Made by a program: the position numbers and the translations under genes. From positions 59,591 to 123,590 of the IMG/VR virus record IMGVR_UViG_3300032030_000024: DNA of 64,000 nucleotides, one strand, 5' to 3'. Origin of the DNA: a virus. Lineage: Duplodnaviria; Caudoviricetes. The notes under the pieces are model-generated. The model did no database searches, was not told the DNA's origin, and saw nothing but the letters and a program-made list of their open reading frames with translations. Positions 19,057-31,300 of this stretch are shown here, in pieces (position 1 is the first letter of the stretch; every line of letters starts with the position of its first letter).

Positions 19057-19164
19057 TTATTCCGTTTCGTTTGCCGCCTGTCCGTCGTTCCTGCCGTTGG
19101 AACTCCGCGACGCATTGGCTGCTGCCTTTGCTGCCTTCATTATCCGTCGTCTGAACTCGCTCAT
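19057..19164 (-). CDS. 35-aa stub with MSEFRRRIM N-terminus (possible truncated tail-appendage gene)
   Basis: Manual translation MSEFRRRIMKAAKAAANASRSSNGRNDGQAANETE; fills the gap between tail gene and holin. Confidence 0.45.
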   Translation of the reverse strand: MSEFRRRIMKAAKAAANASRSSNGRNDGQAANETE

Positions 19165-19176
19165 ACCCGTTCCTGT

Positions 19177-19773
19177 TTAGAAGGCCGCATAGACGGCGTT
19201 GTTGTTGATGATGCTAATCTCATAGGTCTTTTCACCCTCGAACGTCGGTGCCTCGCCGCCAGCCCATCTCACGCCAGCGGGAAGCGTCAGCGTGAAGGGA
19301 GTGGTAACGACACGAACCCGCAGCATGTACTCGTTGACCTTTCCTGACACGCCAGCGTTGAACGCAACGGTAAGCGAGGTCATGCCCTCCGTGTCGGTGT
19401 CCCATGTGTTCAGCACGTTCGGGTCGATGGTCACGTTGTTCGTGGGCTGCGGTACGACGGGCGTAGCCATGTCTTCGGGCGTGATGTGAGAGGCGGCTGC
19501 GATGGCAAGTGCACGGATGCGAGCCTGTATGAATCGGACGGGAATGCCGCTGTTGTCTACCTCCGCAAGAGGGATGGTTGTGCTGTTTTCGTTGAGCTCG
19601 CTGTCTGCGATGAGGGGCACTTCACCGTCCGAGCCGTTGTCCTCAAGCGGTGCGGCCATCTCCTGTAGCACCGAACGAACAATACGGGCGATGTCCTGCG
19701 GGGACTGTTCAATTAGCTCGGTGATGTATGCGTCGAGCTCTGCTGTTGTCTGTGGAAATGTTCTTTCTGCCAT
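19177..19773 (-). CDS. tail-associated protein (putative fibre/adaptor)
   Basis: C-terminal TLTLPAGVRWAGGEAPTFEGEKTYEISIINN pattern; end of tail module. Confidence 0.6.
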   Translation of the reverse strand: MAERTFPQTTAELDAYITELIEQSPQDIARIVRSVLQEMAAPLEDNGSDGEVPLIADSELNENSTTIPLAEVDNSGIPVRFIQARIRALAIAAASHITPEDMATPVVPQPTNNVTIDPNVLNTWDTDTEGMTSLTVAFNAGVSGKVNEYMLRVRVVTTPFTLTLPAGVRWAGGEAPTFEGEKTYEISIINNNAVYAAF

Positions 19774-19789
19774 ATTTTATTTTTTTGTT

Positions 19790-22700
19790 TTATAATGCAA
19801 GCCAGTACCATGTGGTGACGTTGCTTTGCGTGAGAGGGACGGACATAAAGTCTCGCGTGTAGCCCGCGTTGACGGTCACGTTGCCCATTGGCGTGTCAGA
19901 CCTGACTCCTATCAGTGCGAGTCCTTCAAACATAAAACGGTTCCTGCCTTCTGTCTCTATGACCGATATGCTGTCTGTCGTTCGCTGATTGAAGACATGC
20001 ACGAGCATGCCGTGGAAGTCCTCTGGCCGGGGAAGTGCCACAAGTATGTTGTTGTCCTGTGACTTGAACCCGCTGCCCCTGACATAGACCATCTGGCTGT
20101 TGTAGGAGCACGGGATGCAGCAGTAGGGCTGTGTCAGGTCGCTTGCAAAGGTGCTCACATCCAGTTGGTAGCCCCAGCTTTCTATTTGACGGAAAGACAC
20201 GTAGCCGCCTTGGAATGTGCCTGGCACCGTACCCCCACCATCACGAACAATGGCCGTGAAACCTGACAGGTCGGTGACATAGAACCACTGTCCCTTGCCG
20301 TCGTCGTTGTCGAAGTTATGGTAGTTCACCATCCCCCACCACTGGCATGCAGGACGGAAGAGGTCGGTCGCCTTGACAGACCCTTCAAACACACCGTCTA
20401 CGGCATGCAGCGTACCCGTAGTGGGGTCGATGCTTATCTTTCCGCTGACCGTTCCTGCCGTGTTCGTAAACGTCACTTTATCACCGCGCAGCTCGACGGT
20501 CTGGCGGTCGATGTCAACACCTGTCGAGCCAAGGTCGCTCTTCACGGCAAGTGTAATCCTGTCGGCTGTCTGCTTGATGACCGACGATACCTCTTCCTGT
20601 GACACAACAAACTCCGTGGCGTTCACTCCGACCTCCAACTGCGGGTAGCGTAGCTTTGGCGTGTTGATGTTGATGTAAACACTTATAGTGCCTGTGCCCG
20701 TGATTTGGAATGTCACCGTTTTGCGCTTGCCGCTCGTTGTTGGCTTGAACACGGCGGGCTGCTCCTGATAATGGCTTGGGTCAAAGACATAGATATTCAC
20801 GCTGCCCGTTGTCTCGCCCTCGAAAGACAGGGTGTAGTCTGTTCCTTTCTGTAAGGTGATGAGCGGGCTGCTGACGTGCTTGTCGTTGATAGAGGTGTCG
20901 CATACGAAGAAGCTGTCATCATCAACACTTACTGGCACAATCTGATGTGTCGGGAACGTGTGGCTTGACTCGCTTCTCCACTTGTCGCCTGTGAGCACTC
21001 CCGTCAGCAGGTTCTTCCCCTCCTTCAGCTGTCGCACCTCGGCTGTGATGCCGTCCATCGTCACCTTGAGGCTTGACTTGGCTTCGTCTACGAGACCACG
21101 GTCTTCCCAACCCGTCTGTGTGGCCACATACAGATGCCCGTTGACATCGAGCACATAACCGTCGCCAAGACTTGCCGAAAGAGACTCGTAGACGGGCAGC
21201 GTGATTTCCCCGCCCTGACTGCTTCCTGCCGCCGTACAGCGGAGCAGGTGAGTACCCGTGGCCGTCCATGAGGCGTATTTCACAAGCAGGATGTCGCCCA
21301 CTCTGCCCGTCGTGATGTATGGTGTGTCGGGACGGAAGTCTACCGCCGTGCCTTTCTCAACAACGTTATACAGCTTTTCCGTTGCGCCTCCTGTGGTCTC
21401 AATCTCGAACGAGGGTGCGACGAACCTGTTGCCGGCCACGGGGCTTATTCTCGTGCGCTCACATCCTTCAAGACTCCACCGTGGCACTATGCCGTCGTCA
21501 TAGCCCACACCCAACAGCTCGCGGATGCAGGGGGCTTCGCTGCCCACCGTCTCAATAGTAATCAAGTTTGACAGCTCCCGGTTCAGGTAGTTGCCGAAGC
21601 AGGCGATGCTGTCACCTGCCGACGGACGGTCGCTGCCCGTGTCGTAAAACGGGCTTGTGTTGGCCAGGTCGATATAGTGATGTCCCAGTCCGTCGTCGAG
21701 CACCTTCGTCAGCTTCGTGTACGTCTGCCGTGTCACGTTCTCTCCCTTGGCTGTCACTGCTCGCCAGTAGTACTTGCTCTGGGTGGCCGTGCTGCCTGCC
21801 TCGCCCGTATGGGTGCCGTCGGGCGATGCTGCCACGTCATACGTCTGACAGCGGGCCATCATGCCCGTCTGCCAGGTGTTGATGGTGCGCGTCGTGCCGT
21901 CGTCGGCCTTCAGCCAGCAGCGGAAGATGCTCACCTGTGCCCAGTCTTCGTCTGTCATCGTAGAACGGAACAGCTTGCGCCTTGACAGCAGCTTGTTCTG
22001 AAGCGACAACGGGACGAGACGAAGCACCCAAGGCACACTCAGGTATTCGTAGCCCAACACCGTCTCGGTGTACACGTCTACCTCCCCCGGCACAGGTGCC
22101 AGCTTGATATAGTCTACCTCCTCGATGATTGATGCAGCAGGGGAAAAGGCGTAGTTGCCGCCAATGGCCACCATTTTACGCACCTCCACTTCGTTGAACA
22201 TAGCCTTCTTGCGCACAAAGAGCTTGTCAACCACCAATCGTGAACTGTCCGAACCGTCATCATCCGTCAGCTGCCAGCCCGTGCCGAACATTGAGTCACC
22301 GCCAGAGAAGCCGATGCTCTGGATGGTGCGGGTGAGGATGCTCTGTGCCACACGGAGTATGCCGCCTATAACGCCGCTCTCCGTCACCTCAAGCCCTAAG
22401 CCCTTTGTCTGCCCAGACGCGTCGGTCGTCGTGCCGCTTCCCGCACCTGTGGCCTTCAGCGAGCGCACCGTGGCATCACCGTCGGCACTGATGCCGAAGA
22501 GGTTCTGTGCCTTCACCCACAAGCCTCGCAGGAAGCCTATGGTACCCTCAGTAGTATCATCATACAGCTTTGAGAGAAACCGTGGCGTGACCCAGTTAGA
22601 GACAATCATGCGGATGTAGCTGTCTGACACCACCGTGCCAACGCTCATGTTACCAGAGACGATGGCCTCTACGTTCTCCTTTGTCTTCGTCTGACTGCCC

Positions 22701-24817
22701 TTTAAGACCTCGTTGCCAACGGATATTTCCTGCTCGAACTCATAATCGAGCTTCGTGACGAGCTTCATCACCCTTGTTTCAAGGATATGTGCCGAGCGGT
22801 CTTGGCTATCCATGTCGAGGCCATCGTCAAAGAACACCTTCTGTCCGATGAATAGGTTGGGGTTGGCCGTGTGGAATGCTACGGGGTTGCTCTTGACCGT
22901 GTACGTGTTCCTGTCCTTTGTCAGCTTCGTGATGTACTCCATTGTCTTGCTCGCAAGCTCTGCCTGTGCAGCTGTCTCGACCTCACGCCCCATAGCGACA
23001 TTGTAGAGATTCACCTTGTTGCCGAAGAGTGACGGACGGCTGTTGTCCCTGCTATCTCCCTTTGGGATGATTCCCTGTGCTATGGTAGACGGGATGATTA
23101 CCGTGTCATTCTGCCCAAACTCTACCTCGTAGTCGTGCGAGCTGATAACGGCACGTCTGCCTGTTATGGCATCGAGCACTCCCGTGTCACCGTCTTCCGT
23201 CGGTTCCTCGTTGGCCTTTCTCACATAGTTAGACCCTTCAATCCCCATGTATCTGACAGGGAAGCCGTAGTGCCCGTTGCCGTCGCCTGCACCCAATCCT
23301 GCAAGTGGCGTGCTCTCGGCATACTCATATATGTCTGCCCCGTTAGCATCAGTACCTGTCTTCACCTTGTAGTTGTTCGGCTGGAAAGCCACGACAGGCT
23401 TCTTGCCGTCAATTATCTGGCTTACCCTGTTCTCTTTCGGGAACTTGGTAATGTCGATGTTGTCGATGAACTCAAGACCGGCGCCTATACGTAACAGAGC
23501 CACAAAGCTATTATACGCACCTGCATTGCTGGCTCTGTCAACATAGAACCGCAGGCTGTTGCTGACAAGAAAAAAGGGAATATTTATCCCCTTTACGGTT
23601 ACGGTGCTGTCTGCGACCCTCAGCTTAAACCATAAGCCAACCATCCCATCCGTGTATCGAATGTCCGTGAACACAGTCACACCGTTTGTACCTTCTGTGA
23701 ACGACACAACACTTCCTACGGCATATTCGCTGATGGCGTAGTCACTCCACGCAACGGCCTCCCCCTGAGCATTCTTCGTTGGGACGGCAAGACGGAAGTA
23801 CCACTTTGCATAACGCAGGTAGTGCTCCGTCCCGTCATCATCGGTGTACGACACGACCTTGTTGCCGTTGTCGTCTGTTAGGTAGCACTCCCTGTACTTG
23901 ACATCGTACACATACATATCCATTCTTGGGTACACATCTTCGAGGATAAGCGGCTTCAGGAACAGCTTTCCCGTGAAGTTGTCCTTGCTTACCTCGTGAC
24001 CCTTTCCGTCCGTATAGATGATGCCGTCAGGGTACACCTCGCGGTTGAGGGACAGCCTCACGTCGCTCTGCACAAGCTCCTGGCTTGCCGTCCTTCGCAG
24101 GATGTTCCGTGTGCTTCCCTGCGGCTCAAAGGCATTCCAGTAGCCTTCTTTCGAATTTCGCATGGACGGGACGCTAACATTCCAGCCAGCGGTCAGCGTT
24201 GGTGTGGCAAGGCCGTTGTCAAGGGATATATGGCCGAAGTATAGCGTTTTCTCCTCCCATCCGATATGCCATTCGCATTCACATATATTGGCCACCGTGC
24301 TAAGTGCGGAAAGGATGTCGGTCGAATCGAAGTTGGCAGTGATAACCCTGTCATCAAAATCTTTCAGGACTACACCGAACTCATCTACGCCATTGAGCGA
24401 GAGCTCCCTGTTTATTGCGGGGATGACGAAGCCGTTTAGCAGCGAAGAGACGGAGCCTGTGAACGGCCAGTCTATCTTGTCGATGTCGTTGTCCTGCGTG
24501 TCTTTCACCGCCACGCGGAACGTGACCTTTCCAAGATACATCTTCGGATGATGGAAATGGGGTTCATAGTGCCATTCTGCCTCCGACTGCTGTTCAGGCT
24601 CATACGGCTCTAAGAGGGAGTATTGTATGCCGTCATCGTAGGGGATGACATACGCATCGACAGGAATGGTTCTCTTCTCTGTGTCACTCCATGACAGCTT
24701 CACGAAGTCGGACTTCATCAGCTCCTCTTCGTGTTCTGCCTCCTGAAGGACTGGCACTGCCCATTCCTGCACCGTGCCATTCTCCTTGTAGTATATCTTT
24801 ATCGTGCTCGTCCTCAT
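19790..24817 (-). CDS. large tail tip / central fibre (baseplate hub + host-binding domains)
   Basis: 1675 aa after TMP and Dit-like gene; beta-rich; LVVDKLFVRKKAMF, NLL...(CBM-like)...QLEVG.NATEF motifs. Confidence 0.8.
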   Translation of the reverse strand: MRTSTIKIYYKENGTVQEWAVPVLQEAEHEEELMKSDFVKLSWSDTEKRTIPVDAYVIPYDDGIQYSLLEPYEPEQQSEAEWHYEPHFHHPKMYLGKVTFRVAVKDTQDNDIDKIDWPFTGSVSSLLNGFVIPAINRELSLNGVDEFGVVLKDFDDRVITANFDSTDILSALSTVANICECEWHIGWEEKTLYFGHISLDNGLATPTLTAGWNVSVPSMRNSKEGYWNAFEPQGSTRNILRRTASQELVQSDVRLSLNREVYPDGIIYTDGKGHEVSKDNFTGKLFLKPLILEDVYPRMDMYVYDVKYRECYLTDDNGNKVVSYTDDDGTEHYLRYAKWYFRLAVPTKNAQGEAVAWSDYAISEYAVGSVVSFTEGTNGVTVFTDIRYTDGMVGLWFKLRVADSTVTVKGINIPFFLVSNSLRFYVDRASNAGAYNSFVALLRIGAGLEFIDNIDITKFPKENRVSQIIDGKKPVVAFQPNNYKVKTGTDANGADIYEYAESTPLAGLGAGDGNGHYGFPVRYMGIEGSNYVRKANEEPTEDGDTGVLDAITGRRAVISSHDYEVEFGQNDTVIIPSTIAQGIIPKGDSRDNSRPSLFGNKVNLYNVAMGREVETAAQAELASKTMEYITKLTKDRNTYTVKSNPVAFHTANPNLFIGQKVFFDDGLDMDSQDRSAHILETRVMKLVTKLDYEFEQEISVGNEVLKGSQTKTKENVEAIVSGNMSVGTVVSDSYIRMIVSNWVTPRFLSKLYDDTTEGTIGFLRGLWVKAQNLFGISADGDATVRSLKATGAGSGTTTDASGQTKGLGLEVTESGVIGGILRVAQSILTRTIQSIGFSGGDSMFGTGWQLTDDDGSDSSRLVVDKLFVRKKAMFNEVEVRKMVAIGGNYAFSPAASIIEEVDYIKLAPVPGEVDVYTETVLGYEYLSVPWVLRLVPLSLQNKLLSRRKLFRSTMTDEDWAQVSIFRCWLKADDGTTRTINTWQTGMMARCQTYDVAASPDGTHTGEAGSTATQSKYYWRAVTAKGENVTRQTYTKLTKVLDDGLGHHYIDLANTSPFYDTGSDRPSAGDSIACFGNYLNRELSNLITIETVGSEAPCIRELLGVGYDDGIVPRWSLEGCERTRISPVAGNRFVAPSFEIETTGGATEKLYNVVEKGTAVDFRPDTPYITTGRVGDILLVKYASWTATGTHLLRCTAAGSSQGGEITLPVYESLSASLGDGYVLDVNGHLYVATQTGWEDRGLVDEAKSSLKVTMDGITAEVRQLKEGKNLLTGVLTGDKWRSESSHTFPTHQIVPVSVDDDSFFVCDTSINDKHVSSPLITLQKGTDYTLSFEGETTGSVNIYVFDPSHYQEQPAVFKPTTSGKRKTVTFQITGTGTISVYININTPKLRYPQLEVGVNATEFVVSQEEVSSVIKQTADRITLAVKSDLGSTGVDIDRQTVELRGDKVTFTNTAGTVSGKISIDPTTGTLHAVDGVFEGSVKATDLFRPACQWWGMVNYHNFDNDDGKGQWFYVTDLSGFTAIVRDGGGTVPGTFQGGYVSFRQIESWGYQLDVSTFASDLTQPYCCIPCSYNSQMVYVRGSGFKSQDNNILVALPRPEDFHGMLVHVFNQRTTDSISVIETEGRNRFMFEGLALIGVRSDTPMGNVTVNAGYTRDFMSVPLTQSNVTTWYWLAL

Positions 24818-24819
24818 AT

Positions 24820-25299
24820 CTATCCTTGTTGTGCTTCCGTCCTGTCCGCTGGGTTCGGCTCGTTCAGCCGCAGCGAGAACTTCGCCATTTCCTGCATGAA
24901 CTCAGAGAACTGCGAACAGCTCTCATACGTCATGTGGAACACCTTTCCGCTCACATAGCCGCTCTTGATGTCAATGAACTGCCTGTCAAGCACCTGCTCA
25001 CAGAAACTGTTGTACCGCTGCCAGAACACAGCCTTGCTCTTCGCATGTACGTGCATCTCAAGGGACACGTTGCGCTCGTCCTTCTTTACGTATGTCTGTG
25101 AAGAGACGACCCGCTTCCCGTCCTGTATGCGACTTTTGTTCTCCACGGGCGCTTTCATCGGTGCCGGAGTTATGAGCTCCGACAATGAAGCATCGGTAAA
25201 AGAGACGCCCCATGTGTCGTATGCATCCACCCACCCGTTGACGTTGCCCGTGATGGATGACGTTGCGCTCGTCTTGATGTATAGTTCTCCCCTTGCCAT
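24820..25299 (-). CDS. distal-tail-like protein
   Basis: DAYDTWGV...K..VENKSR..DGKR...L.EPNPADR; position right after TMP. Confidence 0.65.
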   Translation of the reverse strand: MARGELYIKTSATSSITGNVNGWVDAYDTWGVSFTDASLSELITPAPMKAPVENKSRIQDGKRVVSSQTYVKKDERNVSLEMHVHAKSKAVFWQRYNSFCEQVLDRQFIDIKSGYVSGKVFHMTYESCSQFSEFMQEMAKFSLRLNEPNPADRTEAQQG

Positions 25300-25301
25300 T
25301 C

Positions 25302-28300
25302 CTATGCCTCCTGTAATTGCTTGTAGATGTTCGTCAGCTTCGTGTCAAAGCTCTCGTAGTGTTCCTTCATCACCTTCAGCATCGTCTCGCGTGTGCCGTT
25401 GGCCTGTATGGTGAGGTTGCGCAGCTCGTTGAAGGAGCCTTGGAAGCCCGCCTGCATCGTCTGTAGGTTCTGTAATATCAGCTCACTTGTGGCACGGCCT
25501 TGCTCGAAGAGTGCCGTGTGGCCAAGCAGTATTCCTGCAAGAGCGTCTGCCTGCTCGTAGGTGATGTTCTGTGCGGAGTTGACCGTGGCAGACTGCTGCT
25601 TCGTCACCTCGTCGAGTTCTTGTATCACTCCAGCCTCCTGTAGTTCCCTTACCTTGTCAGTGGCACTCTCCAGAGTCTTGCTGTAGGCGTTGTAGAAGGT
25701 CTTGTTTGCATTGTCAATGGCCTGCCGCCTTTTATTCTCGTCTTCGATATTGTTTGCTTTTTCTACTTCCTTAGCCCACGTGTCGTACTCTTTTTCAAGT
25801 TCTTCCCTCAACTTCTGGCCTACGATGTTATTAATCATCATACGGTTTATCATCTTCTGCCAGCTTTCCGCTATATCGTCAAACACGTCCTCTGCCCCGT
25901 CTGCCATGTCGTAGAGAGCGTTCATGAAGTCATTGAAGATATTCTCTGCCGTTGTACCGAGAAGCTGTTCGTTGAGCTGGTCTTTCAGCTTCTTGATGTC
26001 CTCATAGCTGTCAGCCCACTCTGTTACGGCCTTGGCTATCTGACCGTTGTCGTAAGAGTCCTTACGCATCAGCTCATACCACACTTTCTGCAATTCCGGT
26101 GTTTCTCGTATCCTGCTGAGAATTTCTGCTCCCTGGCCATTCTCAAGGCCACCGAGATAGTCAAAGAAGTTCTGCCACGATGTACCTTTGAACGTTCCGT
26201 ACCCGTTGGCCTCCATCCATTTTTTTAGCGTGTCTACATATCCGTGTCGAACCTCACCACCGAACGTACGCCAGTCCTCACCACCGTTCTTGTTACGATG
26301 CCACCACTCAGAGTGACGACCACCGTAATCACTGTTGCCTGCCGACAAGACATTTTCCTTGTAGTAGTACTGCTGTTCTTCGAGCAGTTTCTCTATTCCC
26401 TTTGCCGTTTCGACAGCCGACATGCCATACGATTCAGACAGCGTATCGGTCATTCGCTTTACGGAGTCGTTGATGATTTCAAGCTTGCCCATCAACTCCT
26501 TCCGATAGTCCATAATGTCCTCTGCGTTGCTCCGATTCCCAAGCCACGTGTCTAAGCCGCCAAACGTGATAGCATTGCCGACGCTTTGCAGAAGCCCACC
26601 GACGCCATCTGTTATGATTGAGCTCAAAGCGTTGAACAGATTGGCAGGAAGGTCAAAGATTGCTTGCACGAGGTTCCCAATTGATTTGAGAATGCTGTTC
26701 ACAAGGTCACTCAGCCATTCAAACGATATAAGTTCGGTCATCGAGTCAAGGATTCCCGTCACCATCCCCTTGATAGAGTTGGCGAGATTGAGTATAAGCT
26801 CTGGCACCTGCAAGAAGAATCCAACGGAGCTTGACAGCAGACCTTCCATCGTGCCGCCCATGCCACCAAGGAGCTCTTTGACATCAAAAAGGGTTTTTTC
26901 CATGCTTGTGCCGAATGCGCTGACAAGCTGGTTGTCGGCCTGCGCCTGATTGATATCACCGCCAGCCACGGCCTCGGCAAGCTCTTGCTGCATCTGCTCA
27001 AAGCCGATGTTTCCTTTCAGCCTCTCAGCCATATCCTCTGCGGTCTTTTTGTTGACATCGCCGATGAACCTGCTAATATCGCTGGAAGCACTTTGCAAAC
27101 TATTGAACCCTTTCGTTCCTGCCCAGGGCGAATCTTTCAGGGCAACATCGAGCTTTGATACGTAATTGACAACGGCATCGCTCGCCTGATTCAGTGCCGT
27201 ACCAAAGTTCCTAACGTCCTCCTGCGCTTCAACAACGGATGCGCTTGCCTTGTCGAACGCCTCTTTCATCTTGGCCTCGCTGTCCGTGCCTTTCGCCTGC
27301 TCATATTGGGACTTTGCGGACTGCTCTTCCCTCTGAGCCGTTTCAAGACGGGTCACGGCATTGTTGAAGTTTATCATAGCAGCCGCGAGGTCGGTCATTG
27401 CAGCATCTTCCGAACCAAGATAGCTTCTCAGCTCTGACATCAGCTGCACCACCTTCTCCTGATTCTCCGCACCGCTTTTCTGGAACTCGTCGGTCTTGGT
27501 ATAAGACTGAAGACGGCTCATCATTTCCTGCATCATCTGCTTCGACATTGCACCAATGCCACCAAAAAGCGCCTTCCAGTCTATATCTTTCGATATATTC
27601 TCAAAAGTCAACTGCCCTTGTATCTTCTGCAGTTCCTTTGTGTACTTCAATGCTGCGCCCTCGTTCTTTTCAGCACGTGCAGCACTTATCTTATCCTCGT
27701 ACTCCTCGGTAATAAGCATTCGCTGCTGTTCGAGTGTGCCGTATTCCTTCAAGTAGTCTCGCATGGACTGCAAGCGTTCGCGTGTCAGCGCTGCGTTCGT
27801 CTTTGCGGCCTCGCTTGCCTGCTTCTTCAGGAACTCGCGTAGCATTGCGTTCTCCTGCTCGGTAAGATTTGACACGTTCAGGCTTTCTAACGTCCTGAAC
27901 GTCCCTTCAAGCTGTGACGGGTCAATGGTGTCAAGGCTCTGCTGTATCTTCCTGATGGCAGCAATGGCAGGGTCGGGGTCGATGGTGTTGTAGAGCTCCT
28001 GTATTCTCTCTATCTTGTCCGTGGGAAGGTCTGTCAGCTGTTCGTGCAGCTTCTGTAGCTGTGCATCGGGCACGGGGATGTCTACGGCTATCACAAGTTT
28101 CTTCTCGTCAGCTTCGAGAATATTGTCTGCACCTTCAAGCGAATTGCCGATATAATCCTCCAGCTCCTTCTGTGAGAGCACCGTGCCGTCGGGTAGGATA
28201 GGGGTGACAAGGATCTCGTGGGACTTCCCGTACTTATCCATAACCTCGTAGGATGATGAGAACACGGTAGCGATACCGTCGCCTGCGTCCGTCCATCCTT

Positions 28301-31300
28301 TCCTGACAAGCTCTGCGGCATCTATCAGCGGACGGGCAAGCACATCGACGTTGCCGTTGCCGAACTGCTGCTGTAAGGCATCCATGATATCGCCCTTGCC
28401 GAACGTGCGGAGCATCTGCTTCTCTGCGTCCTGTACGGATTCGAGGGAGTTGCGCACAAGCCCCTGCCAGCCGCCCTTTCCCTCGGCTGTCAGCTCGAAG
28501 GGCGTGACGTTCTGCTTGCCCTTGTTGGCGGTCTCGTAGGCGGTCTTGCGGTCTTGGTAGATTTTCTTGTAGATGTCCTCTTCCTGCCGCTTGATGTCCT
28601 CTATGGTGCGCATGTGCTGTGCCTCCCGCTCAGCCCTCTCTCGCTCTGCGGCAGACTTTATCCCCGCAATCCTCGCATCCTCACGGGCACGCTCCGCGTC
28701 ACCCTCCAGCTTCACCATCTCCTCGGTGTGCTTCTGAGCCTGCTGCTTCTCCTTGACCTGTGCGGCGGCACGCTGTTTGGCGAGCTCCGAACCTTTCTTC
28801 ATCAGCTGCTCAACGTCCTTGTAACGCTGCTTCAGTTCCTCATACTCCTTCTGTGTGAGGTTAGAGAAATCTATAGTGCCATCATCGCTTTGTCCTTTGC
28901 CACTTAGAAAACGATTGTATTCGGCCATCCGTTTCTTCTGATCCTTTTCTGCTTCGGCTTTCCAATACTTCGTGGATGTAGGAGTGGAGCTGCCTGTTGA
29001 GCTGCTGTCGATATTTGACTGAGCCGTTTTTCCTTCTGTCTTTCCTCGCTCTGATATATCCGTGCCGTCAGTATTCTCACCTTTTTGTATTATGCCAGCC
29101 ATTTCCAAGAGCTTCTTCACCCATCCGGAGACTTTGCCAGTGATGTTTACAAGAATGTTTGCGTCAAACGGATTCTTACAAATATCTAACAACTTTGTTT
29201 TGAGGTCATCGATGTATTGCAGCTGTTCCTGCTTGCGCTGAATCTCCAATTCAAGCGGACGGGCTTCGTTCTCGTCTTTAGCATCTTCTAACTTTTTGCT
29301 TAACTCGTCTATATCATCCTGTATTTTCTTCTTCGCATTGTCAATATCTTCCTCAACGCTTTGGGACGTTATTCCGTATGCTTCGGCTATCTCTTCTGCG
29401 CTGCGACCGCCTTCACCGCTCATTTCGGCAAACTCCTTCCGTGCTGCACCGAGACGATTCATAAACTCCTGTGCAAGGTCGTCTATTTTTTCGTAGTCCT
29501 TCCCTATCTTAACAAGAGCTTGGTCACCCAGCTGGATGTTTTCTATTTTTCGGTTTATTCGCACTACTACTTCCGTATCTCCTGCCTCTATGAGCTTCAT
29601 AATGCTCTCGTATGAGTCAAGGTCTTTTATGGCCTTCTCCCACTTTACCCGTATCTCGGCCTTTCTACTGCCAGATGCTTTGTCCATCTGATTGCCGAGT
29701 TCTTCTACTTTTTCTTTTGCCTTTTGTATCTGCTCCTGAAATTGTGACTTATATTTGTTGGATATTTCAGAAACCTGTGAGTCAATTTCAGACTGATTCC
29801 TCTTGATTTCTTCTATTTTCCCACCTATTTTAGGCAACAAGCCATCTATTTCAAGAAGACGTAGCTGTATTGCACCAGCCTCCCCCGTTGGGTCTTGCTC
29901 TTTAAGAGATTCCCTTTCATTTTTAAGATTACGCAGTTCTTCTTCGTACTGCTTTAAGCTCTCAATATTTTCCTTTGTTTTGTTGTCGAGTGGTGTTATT
30001 TCAGAATACAAAGACTTAAGAACATCAGTAGCTGTGTTACTGACTTCTGGGGAAGAAAAACCGTTCTTGAATCCTGCAATAATCCCATTTTCTGCTCCTT
30101 CTATCAGTTTATCTTGTAACTCATTAGCCGCATCTGTCGCTTGACGGTCGAAGAAGTCGCTTAAATCTGTTGTACTGCCAATGTCATCTTTCAGAGACTT
30201 CGCCCATTCCTCGCCAAGATTGTGTTTCTCAGCCATAGCGTCAATTCGCCTATCTGCATCATGGAAGAAAGCGATTCCTGCATCCTTATATTTTTCCTGC
30301 AACTCTTGAACAGCCTCATAACGACGTTGCTCCCACGACTTCATCTCTTCTTCAGAACTACGGCTTATCAACGCTTCTATTCGTTCAGATGACATTCCTT
30401 TAAGTTCTTCCATCGAATAGTTTGCAAAGATTCCACGCAATTGTATAAGCTTTTTATAGGCTTCCGTCTGAGCTATCAAAGAAGCGGTATTGCTTTGAAT
30501 AATGCTAATATTGCTCCGTATCTCACCTTCCTGGTTTTTCAATTGCTCTGCATATTCAGCTGCTGTATCGTTGAGTAGTTTCTGTGATTCCGCTGCCGTC
30601 AATTGACTATCATGGTAGGCGTAGCAAGCATAAGCTAAAGCACCCAATGCGGCCACGACAAGGGCGTATGGATGCGCCGCCATGACTGCTTGCAATCTTT
30701 GCTGTGCCAATGCCAATAGCTGTGTGGCCGAAGCATTCTTTGTCTTTTCAACCGTGTTAAGCCTTGTTCCTGCCGTGTTAGCAGCTTCCGATGCCGTCTC
30801 TGCTATCTTTGCGGCCATTTCACGCTTGGTTGCCAGTTCACTCGCTTTTATAGCAGCCGCGTTGAATGATTTCCAAGCAGCCGATGCTTTCTCTAATGCA
30901 TTGTTGGCTATAAGTGCAGCACGATATATTCCGTATGCTACTACTACATCTTTTATGGTATTAATAATCTTCTGCCAGTTCTCCAGCAAATAGTCAAGTG
31001 CGGAATTGGCTTTTTCAGCCCCCCAGTCAAGTAGTTCATCACTGACAAAGTTTCCGCGACCTTCTGCCATTGCGCTCTGCAATTTGAGCCACTTCACAAA
31101 GACTCCTTCGAACTTCTGGCCGATTTCCTCGTACATTGCGGCGAGGTTATCCTCCAACTGTCCGGACTCTGCGCTAATGTTATCCATCATTGACAGCATG
31201 AGGTTGTGGAACATACCGCCCTCACCTGTTACCTTGTCGAGAACCTTGTTAAGCTGATCAAAGGAAATGGTAGTACCAGACACGGTTTCACCCATATCAC

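Noticed and set aside
19177-24817. Diversity-generating retroelement targeting tail genes
   Set aside because: No reverse transcriptase and no TR/VR repeat pair seen in this window.
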